34,944 nt of DNA from a virus (taxonomy: Duplodnaviria; Caudoviricetes), in the IMG/VR virus record IMGVR_UViG_3300017985_000058, positions 1 through 34,944 of that record; one strand, given 5' to 3'. The position numbers and the translations under genes were made by a program. Shown piece after piece: positions 12,435 to 19,035 of this stretch; the first letter of the stretch is position 1; each line of letters begins with the position of its first letter. Below the pieces are notes generated by a model. That model ran no database searches. It had not been told where the DNA came from and saw nothing but the letters and a program-made list of their open reading frames with translations.

Positions 12435-12935
12435 ATGGCTACAATTACATTAAGATCTGTAAAAGGTTCGCCGTTAACAAATAACGAAGTCGATACTAAC
12501 TTTACTAATCTAAACAACGATAAATACGAATCAGGTGATGCAATAGCAGCATCTACTTTATCGGCGTCTAGTCACCTAACAGTTAGTGGAGAAACAACAC
12601 TATCTATTGACTCCTCAGTTACAGCTGCAGGAACAGATCAATCAGGAGCCACAGCCCTTACTAACACGTTTAATGTTGTAAATACAGCAACTGCTAACCA
12701 AGGCGTTAAATTACCCGACGCAACAACAGGTAAAGTAGTTACAGTATTAAACGACACATCCGTAAACGTTAAATTATACCCGGCGTCCTCAGAAAGTATT
12801 GATGCTCTATCATCTAATATTGCTAAAGACTTGCAAGCAGGACATTCATTAAGATTAGTGGCAGTATCTGGATCCAAATGGAACAGTTTACAGCCAGTTT
12901 TAATTTATGATTCAAGTGGAAATAGAGTTAATTAA
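12435..12935 (+). CDS. Short fibre/adaptor structural protein
   Basis: The N-terminus ITLRSVKGSPLTNNEVDTNFTNL is typical of phage fibre attachment segments. It has a V.LP.A..G..V.V.N domain and ends IYDSSGNRVN. Confidence 0.7.
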   Translation: MATITLRSVKGSPLTNNEVDTNFTNLNNDKYESGDAIAASTLSASSHLTVSGETTLSIDSSVTAAGTDQSGATALTNTFNVVNTATANQGVKLPDATTGKVVTVLNDTSVNVKLYPASSESIDALSSNIAKDLQAGHSLRLVAVSGSKWNSLQPVLIYDSSGNRVN

Positions 12936-12947
12936 TAGAGGAACCAA

Positions 12948-14270
12948 ATGAGACCATTAAGAATTAAAGCTTCGGCAACACCAATAACAAGTTCCAATTT
13001 CCAGGGCTTACAGGAAATGACGGATGCTGAAATAGAACAATATCTATCAGCAACAATAACAAACAAATTCGCAACTGATACAGACGGAACAGGTGCAGCA
13101 GAATTAAATGTTACAACAGACGCTTCAGGTTTAGGAGAAACAATAGGAACATTCGTAGATACAAGCAGAACAGAAACTATCGGAACTCACCCGGCAACAG
13201 GAGCTACATCAACTACAACTTACACATTCAAACAATGTGATGCGTTAGCAACAGAAAGTTTATCAAATAGGCCTGTTGGATACGACAGTGCTATTAAAGA
13301 GTTTACTGACAATGACTTAGACACAGATGTTTTAGATAAAGTTATTTCAGACATGGTAGGTGAAAGCGATTATACTGTTGGACAATACAAATTAGCTACA
13401 ACAGCACCTTCAGGTGGAACATGGACATCACGTTACACAATTACAGATACTGCACAAGGCGGTAATACATCTATTTACTTGTGGCAAAAAACAAGCCCTA
13501 CTTCATCAGCCAACTCAGATTTGGTCTCTCTTAAGGTTGAAGGTAGCAGCGGTGTTAAAATGATGTCATCTTCAGAAGTTGAACAAATGGTTCCTAACTT
13601 CCGAAACAGAATTTTACAAAACGGCATTGGTAAATACAAATTACAAAACTCAACACCATCAGATGCAGGAACATGGACTCAGATGGGAGATGCTTTTTCA
13701 AACACAATTCAACAAGTAGCATCAGAAAACTATGCAGGTTCATACACAGGTAGTTATGCTGGAACATACGCAGGTGACTACACAGGAGCTTATGCGGGTT
13801 CATATACAGGTAACTATGTAGGAGCTTACACAGGAGCTAAAAACTATACAGGAAGTTATAGTGGAACATACGCAGGCTCATACGCAGGAACATATGCAGG
13901 AACAAGTGCATATGCTGGAACATACGCAGGTGACTATTCTGGAACATACGCATTATCGTATGCAGGGTTTGTAGCAGCTTACTATACAGGAACATATACA
14001 GGTTACTATACTGGTTACTACACAGGTGCTAAAAACTATACAGGTTACTATTCAGGTGACTATACTGGTAACTACTCTGGAACTTATGCAGGAACAAGTG
14101 CATACTCCGGAACTTATGCTGGAACATACACCGGCTACTATTCTGGAACATATACAGGTAACTATTCTGGAACTTATTCAGGTGGTTATACAGGTTACTA
14201 TGCTGGTGATACAATACAAGCAACAAAAGATACAGTATCAACAGTTAAACTTTGGTTAAGAACAGCTTAA
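12948..14270 (+). CDS. Putative virion surface protein with three related beta domains and a 160-aa YxGx insertion
   Basis: GAGGA RBS. Repeated YKL....P..GTWT...(D/N)T....LW.(K/R) domains surround a Tyr/Gly tetrapeptide array. Confidence 0.75.
   Translation: MRPLRIKASATPITSSNFQGLQEMTDAEIEQYLSATITNKFATDTDGTGAAELNVTTDASGLGETIGTFVDTSRTETIGTHPATGATSTTTYTFKQCDALATESLSNRPVGYDSAIKEFTDNDLDTDVLDKVISDMVGESDYTVGQYKLATTAPSGGTWTSRYTITDTAQGGNTSIYLWQKTSPTSSANSDLVSLKVEGSSGVKMMSSSEVEQMVPNFRNRILQNGIGKYKLQNSTPSDAGTWTQMGDAFSNTIQQVASENYAGSYTGSYAGTYAGDYTGAYAGSYTGNYVGAYTGAKNYTGSYSGTYAGSYAGTYAGTSAYAGTYAGDYSGTYALSYAGFVAAYYTGTYTGYYTGYYTGAKNYTGYYSGDYTGNYSGTYAGTSAYSGTYAGTYTGYYSGTYTGNYSGTYSGGYTGYYAGDTIQATKDTVSTVKLWLRTA
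13731..14210 (+). repeat. 12-nt/4-aa periodic repeat encoding Y-[ATSV]-G-x, arranged 9-KN-5-SA-4-[YAGFVAAY]-4-KN-5-SA-9
   Basis: Units counted directly from the translation. 480 nt = 76 + 8 + 76 aa. One unit is the variant YALS. Confidence 0.95.
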
Positions 14271-14276
14271 ATTTAG

Positions 14277-14305
14277 TTGACTTTTCCACTAAATAACTGT
14301 ATAAT
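14277..14305 (+). promoter_or_regulatory. Host sigma70-type promoter TTGACT-N17-TATAAT
   Basis: -35 at 14277-14282, -10 at 14300-14305, 17-nt spacer. It is intergenic, 29 nt before the ATG at 14335. Confidence 0.8.
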
Positions 14306-14334
14306 ATAAACTTTATAAAATTGGAAACTATATT

Positions 14335-14979
14335 ATGGCAAAAAAGAAACCCCAAGATGTAGAAATCGCACTAGACAAGGTATCTATTACCCAAGTCGAC
14401 GAAGCATCTGCCACAAAACCTCAATTAAAATACGAATTCCCTTACTGGTCCAATAAAGAAGCTAGACATCTTATTGTTCACATTGTAGATGAACAAGGAA
14501 GAAAACAACTAGCATCTATTATGGATAAAGATGGAACTAATCCAGATATGAAGGCTGTATTAGAACAATTTACAGAAGAAGAAATTGATGCTAATACAAA
14601 AGAGGGATTAGACAGACGTAATGAAAACATTAAACGACAAATGGAAAGACGCGAAACTGAAAAAGTTAGAGCGGCCCAAGAAATGTTGTTTGCTGCTAAG
14701 TTAGATGCGTTTGAGATTCCTGCTATTAAGGCATCAAAAGATATTGAACTTAAAAAATTAATTCGTAAATCTAAAACACCAATGGAAGTATCAGCATACG
14801 CAACAATACTTTTAAATAAAGAAATGCAAGGTGATGAATTAGAACAAGTTAAATATGACGCACTAAACATTGAGACAATTAAAAAGTCTAAAAAGACTAA
14901 ACTTAAAAAACAAATCAAAGAAGCTAGTAGCATAACAGAAGTTCATGTATTAGCAGCGGCGCTTTTACAGGACAGTTAA
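14335..14979 (+). CDS. Hypothetical charged helical protein with a duplicated C-terminal ~45-aa unit (possible assembly chaperone)
   Basis: 214-aa ORF downstream of the sigma70 promoter, with a visible internal duplication. Confidence 0.7.
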   Translation: MAKKKPQDVEIALDKVSITQVDEASATKPQLKYEFPYWSNKEARHLIVHIVDEQGRKQLASIMDKDGTNPDMKAVLEQFTEEEIDANTKEGLDRRNENIKRQMERRETEKVRAAQEMLFAAKLDAFEIPAIKASKDIELKKLIRKSKTPMEVSAYATILLNKEMQGDELEQVKYDALNIETIKKSKKTKLKKQIKEASSITEVHVLAAALLQDS

Positions 14980-15110
14980 TGCAAACGTATGTTTGTGGCG
15001 TCTGTAAAATATTATTTTCAGAACTTAAATATTGGAACGAAGAAGATAAAGTTCCATTCTGTGGACCTAAGTGTAGTTTAAAATACCATGAAGAAAAAAG
15101 AAACAAATAG
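14979..15110 (+). CDS. 43-aa CxxC-x18-CxxxC metal-binding protein (TRASH/MYM-like), absent from the ORF track
   Basis: MQTYVCGVCKILFSELKYWNEEDKVPFCGPKCSLKYHEEKRNK*. It has a TAATG overlap with the upstream stop and an AGGA RBS at 14969-14972, and it fills the gap between genes. Confidence 0.75.
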   Translation: MQTYVCGVCKILFSELKYWNEEDKVPFCGPKCSLKYHEEKRNK

Positions 15111-15840
15111 AGAAGGCGAAGGCTTTGTAATTGTAGCAACAAAGAACGATCCATTCTTTTTTGCTGCTATGAGATTAGCAGAATCTATATTAGACTTTTG
15201 GCCTGAAGCTAGAATAACTTTATACACAGAAGAAAAATGGATCAACGGTCCTGAGTCATTACTTGAACCTGATTGGTATCAAATGTTTGAAAACGTAATT
15301 ACTTGGGAAGTTCCTAATCATATACGAGCAAAATTATGGGCGTTAGAACATACACCTTATAAGACAACTTGTTATTTAGATTGTGATATGTATTGCGAAC
15401 ACGAGGACATTAAGGACATATTTAAAACACTTGGCGACAAAGATTTGGTGTTTACAAAAATACGTCCCTATAATGCAAAAGTAACAAAATTATCAAACAC
15501 AGAAGAAATGACTGCCCATTGTGGTTGGTTTGTTTATAACGACAAACCTCAAACATTAGCATTGATGAGTGCATGGTATGGCGAATATTTAAAACAAAAT
15601 GAAAATGAAAAAGGCGTTTATACACATGACATAGGAGATTATCCTGACGATGTAAGAAAGTGGGACACGTTTACAATGTGGAAGCTACTTACATATAGTG
15701 AACACGGTGTTGATTGGGGATTTGTAGAAGAGCCTGACGCACGTTGGAACTTTGTTAATGGATATCATTGGGATGAATTAGGCGGACTAGATCCTGTTTT
15801 ATATCATTACACTATATCACATCACGAGCAAACAAAATGA
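15088..15840 (+). CDS. GT-A fold glycosyltransferase (nucleotide-diphospho-sugar transferase, GT8/GT77-like)
   Basis: RAKLWAL..TPY..T.YLDCD (DxD motif), WDTF..W, RWN and a C-terminal YHY histidine. Confidence 0.75.
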   Translation: MKKKETNREGEGFVIVATKNDPFFFAAMRLAESILDFWPEARITLYTEEKWINGPESLLEPDWYQMFENVITWEVPNHIRAKLWALEHTPYKTTCYLDCDMYCEHEDIKDIFKTLGDKDLVFTKIRPYNAKVTKLSNTEEMTAHCGWFVYNDKPQTLALMSAWYGEYLKQNENEKGVYTHDIGDYPDDVRKWDTFTMWKLLTYSEHGVDWGFVEEPDARWNFVNGYHWDELGGLDPVLYHYTISHHEQTK

Positions 15841-16490
15841 AGTGGACTAATCAAATATCTGACGAAACATTAGAACTATTACAACCATATACCGACTGGT
15901 TTTTCTCACAAGACTTAACAAAACTAGAAGAAAGAATAGACGAAAAAAGAGCAGGAGATTATAATATCGAGACTGCTACTAATGAAGACTATTTAAATAT
16001 GATTGTTAAAAAGGACGGTGAACATATAGGTTACCCAGAGCACACACATTCAATAGATATATTAATGGACGGCAGAACACCTAGTGAACATAGGGAAAAA
16101 TGTCAAACACTTAATCAAGAAGTAGTTTCTTATTTAGGAGCTAGAAATCAAGCAGTTCAAGTTTATTATCCAGCAAACGGATTTATGTCTTGGCATAATA
16201 ATTGGAATGCTCATGGATATAATATATTATTATCATATACAAAAACAGGTAATGGCTTTTTTAAATATCGAGATCCTTTAACACACGAAATAGTAACAAT
16301 GGAAGACAAACCAGGTTGGGGCTGTAAAGTAGGTTATTATGGAAGAGGCAGAGAGCCAGATAAAGTTTATTATCATTGTGCTGGTGCTTATGAAGATAGG
16401 ATTACCTTAGGGTTTGTTATTCCTAATGTAGATATGTGGAGAAATATGATTGAGGACATATCTGGGGAAGACGCCTCGATGTTTAGTTAA
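15837..16490 (+). CDS. 2OG-Fe(II) oxygenase-like (DSBH fold) protein
   Basis: YYP.NGFMSWHNN ... YYHCA ... RITLGF, giving an H-x-N...H triad and a distal Arg. ATGA coupling to the upstream GT. Confidence 0.65.
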   Translation: MKWTNQISDETLELLQPYTDWFFSQDLTKLEERIDEKRAGDYNIETATNEDYLNMIVKKDGEHIGYPEHTHSIDILMDGRTPSEHREKCQTLNQEVVSYLGARNQAVQVYYPANGFMSWHNNWNAHGYNILLSYTKTGNGFFKYRDPLTHEIVTMEDKPGWGCKVGYYGRGREPDKVYYHCAGAYEDRITLGFVIPNVDMWRNMIEDISGEDASMFS

Positions 16491-16870
16491 ATATTTATTG
16501 CTGTAATTTTATTTGTATCTATTTCAACTTGTTCTAAGTCAAAGTTTATACTCACCCCACACCCACAAGAATCCTTTTCCTTAGGGTTTACAAATTTAAA
16601 AAATTCATTTAGGCCTTCTGTTTGCCAATCTAATGTCATTCCCACTATGTAAGGTATAGATATTTTATCTATTACTACGCCGAACCTACCATAATCAACA
16701 AATATATCATCAGACATATCGCCGTTATCATTAATAGAGTCGAAAACGTATTCAAAGCCAGCGCAACCTCCGCCTGTAATTCCGAGTCGGATGTTTTTAA
16801 AGCCGTCTTTTTCTTGTTTCTCAAGAAGTTTCTGTATCGCATTATCTGTGATTTCGATTACGTTAGACAT
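16487..16870 (-). CDS. iscA: A-type Fe-S cluster carrier, IscA/SufA/HesB family
   Basis: I.ITD.A, IRLG..GGGCAGFEY, G..LD and F.F.NP....SCGCG.S, with all three conserved Cys present. Confidence 0.92.
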   Translation of the reverse strand: MSNVIEITDNAIQKLLEKQEKDGFKNIRLGITGGGCAGFEYVFDSINDNGDMSDDIFVDYGRFGVVIDKISIPYIVGMTLDWQTEGLNEFFKFVNPKEKDSCGCGVSINFDLEQVEIDTNKITAINI

Positions 16871-16875
16871 AAAAA

Positions 16876-16883
16876 TATTTATA
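16876..16883 (-). promoter_or_regulatory. T4-type late promoter TATAAATA immediately before iscA
   Basis: TATTTATA on the + strand in the 14-nt intergenic gap, 5 nt from the ATG. Confidence 0.65.
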
Positions 16884-16884
16884 A

Positions 16885-17556
16885 TTACTTTTTGCCAATC
16901 GCCATAAATCTATCGTAAAACTTTTTGCCGTCCCAACTGTAATAATATTGAACTGTCTTACCTGTATAGTAAGTATCTTTTAACCCAGCATTTTTAATTA
17001 ATGCATCTTCACTATCTACACAATTAATACCATACATTTCTTCTATAACATTAGAATTTTGTATAGCAAAAATAGCATGTTTGTTAGCAGTTTTCAATTC
17101 ATCTAATGGATACATCTGCTCGCAACCTAATGAAATAACTACATCAACATTTAATTGATTTAGCTGGTCAAATGCAAAAGGAATGTCTAAGTTCCAATGA
17201 TTAATTTTAATATACTCTTCCGAAATATAATGTTTATTAAATACCTTAGATAATTCTAATGCTTCATTGTCGATATCAACTAAATGTAATTGCCCAACAC
17301 TTAAATTCTCACAAAGTAGTGGGACAAGTGGAACACCTAACCAACTGTTTAATACAAGAATATTGAACTCACTATCTTTAAGATAATGTTCGTCTAAAAC
17401 TTTTTTAAGTTCTTCAACCATCCATATCCCAGCTTCCATTGTGTTTGGATTAAGTGCTTGTCTAAAGTCATCGTGCTTGTGTTTCATCTCATGCTCAACT
17501 TTAGCAAGTCCGTCGCCCCAATGTTTGAGGTTATTTAAAAAATTAAAATTTAACAT
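16885..17556 (-). CDS. Class I SAM-dependent methyltransferase-like protein (degenerate motif I)
   Basis: ILVLNSWLG, LVDID..A, CEQM and a terminal RFMAIGKK. The ATG at 17556 is preferred over 17580 because it gives less overlap. Confidence 0.55.
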   Translation of the reverse strand: MLNFNFLNNLKHWGDGLAKVEHEMKHKHDDFRQALNPNTMEAGIWMVEELKKVLDEHYLKDSEFNILVLNSWLGVPLVPLLCENLSVGQLHLVDIDNEALELSKVFNKHYISEEYIKINHWNLDIPFAFDQLNQLNVDVVISLGCEQMYPLDELKTANKHAIFAIQNSNVIEEMYGINCVDSEDALIKNAGLKDTYYTGKTVQYYYSWDGKKFYDRFMAIGKK

Positions 17557-18220
17557 CTTCTTTTCTTCCCATTGAATCAAATAAGCATACGAAAGGAATT
17601 TTTCGATATACTTGTTTTTCTATATCGTGAGGATATATGTAACCTTGGTTAAAACTATATGCCCACCCAATAGGAAAATATTTTATTCTCGCAACACCTC
17701 GGTGATGAAAGAAGTTATCTATTCCCCTATAATACCAAAGTATTTTATCTATATGTGTTTGAAAATAGATACTAATATCTTCGGTGTTTAAATTATCATT
17801 CCAACGCAAAACAGAACTATTTAAGTCTGTAAATTTATGTGGAATGTGCCTTGTTTCTTTGTATTGTTTTTCCATATCGTGCCAATGTGTTTTAATAAAA
17901 ACTAAACAGTCTTCGGCCTCATAGTCTACAATCTCTTGAATGTCTTTTTGTATAATAACATCTAAGTCGAAAAATAATTTTTCTCCTTTTTGTCTTACTA
18001 CATTCTCATCAAACAGATACATTTTGTTCCACCACTTTTCCATTTTATTTCCGTGTGGTAGAGGTATAACATTTATATCCTCACTTAAACCTTGTGGGTT
18101 TTCTGTAAGGCAATAAAATTTAAATTCAGTAGAGCAAAACTTTTTACAAGAATCATATATTGCTTGCACGTGATGTGCAGAATATTTGTTGCCCCACTTT
18201 ACTGTATAAATGTTTATCAT
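17543..18220 (-). CDS. GT-A glycosyltransferase, KWG.KY paralog
   Basis: VKWGNKY, FYCLTE, WWNK..LF, FFDLDVII and NSSV..W. The start at 18220 is supported by an ATGA overlap with the upstream stop. Confidence 0.8.
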   Translation of the reverse strand: MINIYTVKWGNKYSAHHVQAIYDSCKKFCSTEFKFYCLTENPQGLSEDINVIPLPHGNKMEKWWNKMYLFDENVVRQKGEKLFFDLDVIIQKDIQEIVDYEAEDCLVFIKTHWHDMEKQYKETRHIPHKFTDLNSSVLRWNDNLNTEDISIYFQTHIDKILWYYRGIDNFFHHRGVARIKYFPIGWAYSFNQGYIYPHDIEKQVYRKIPFVCLFDSMGRKEDVKF

Positions 18221-19035
18221 ACTGTCCAATGTGCTAATAGTTTAGGATCTACTAAATCGTGTTGTTTAGTATGTCCTCTAGAGTTATCTTCAAAAGGTAA
18301 TAAGTCTACGTTGAATACACATAGAATACAACCTGGGCGATATATGCCTACTTCTAAATCACCACTATCCCAATCTCTTCCTCTATTAAATGAGTAGGCA
18401 AACTCTGAAGGAAAGTGATTCCAAAGTTTCTTGTCTCCGAAGTCACCCCATCTCCAAGAGTGATAATTGTCTGTGCCATCTGTATATGTAAACCATATTT
18501 TTTCTTGGTTCTCTAATACATCTTGCCATATACATTCTGCTTGGTCGTCGCTCCATATTTGACAACTCCCATTTGTATATGCACCGTGGGATAATTTAAA
18601 TCTTCTTGTTTTCATAGGACGTGGGTCCTGCCACCAACTTTTTAATTTAGTTGGCCTTTCCATGTCATATGTTAGTAAAGGTTCTAAGTCTTGTTGTATA
18701 ATAACATCTAAGTCAAAGAATACAAATCTTCCTGTAGGTTTATCCTCAGCAAAATTATGTGTATTAAATACAAATGTTTTTGGCCTATCCCAACAACGTG
18801 CCATGCCATATTTAAAGTCCTCTGTCTCAAACCAATATTTAGGATGTATGTTAGGAATATCTGGGAAGTCAATAACTTTAATGTCGTCATCTAATCCTTC
18901 GGCGTCATCTGTATAACAATAAAAATGAACCTCATGTTGTTCTTGTGTATTATGGAATGCCATTCTTTTTAGGCGATTTACAAAATGAGGACCATATCGT
19001 GTTCCCCACTTAGCGCATACATAATTAACTCTCAT
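18217..19035 (-). CDS. GT-A glycosyltransferase, KWG.KY paralog
   Basis: CAKWGTRY, FYCYTDD, CWDRPK, FFDLDVII, NGS and GTDNY. The start at 19035 has a GGAGG RBS. Confidence 0.8.
   Translation of the reverse strand: MRVNYVCAKWGTRYGPHFVNRLKRMAFHNTQEQHEVHFYCYTDDAEGLDDDIKVIDFPDIPNIHPKYWFETEDFKYGMARCWDRPKTFVFNTHNFAEDKPTGRFVFFDLDVIIQQDLEPLLTYDMERPTKLKSWWQDPRPMKTRRFKLSHGAYTNGSCQIWSDDQAECIWQDVLENQEKIWFTYTDGTDNYHSWRWGDFGDKKLWNHFPSEFAYSFNRGRDWDSGDLEVGIYRPGCILCVFNVDLLPFEDNSRGHTKQHDLVDPKLLAHWTV

Noticed and set aside
13731-14210. CRISPR array or DGR template/variable repeat pair
   Set aside because: The periodicity is 12 nt and coding, with synonymous variation. There are no spacers, no reverse transcriptase in the window and no adenine-specific mismatch pattern.
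13731-14210. Ice-nucleation or collagen repeat
   Set aside because: The period is 4 aa, unlike the 8/16-aa AGYGST repeat or G-X-Y triplets.
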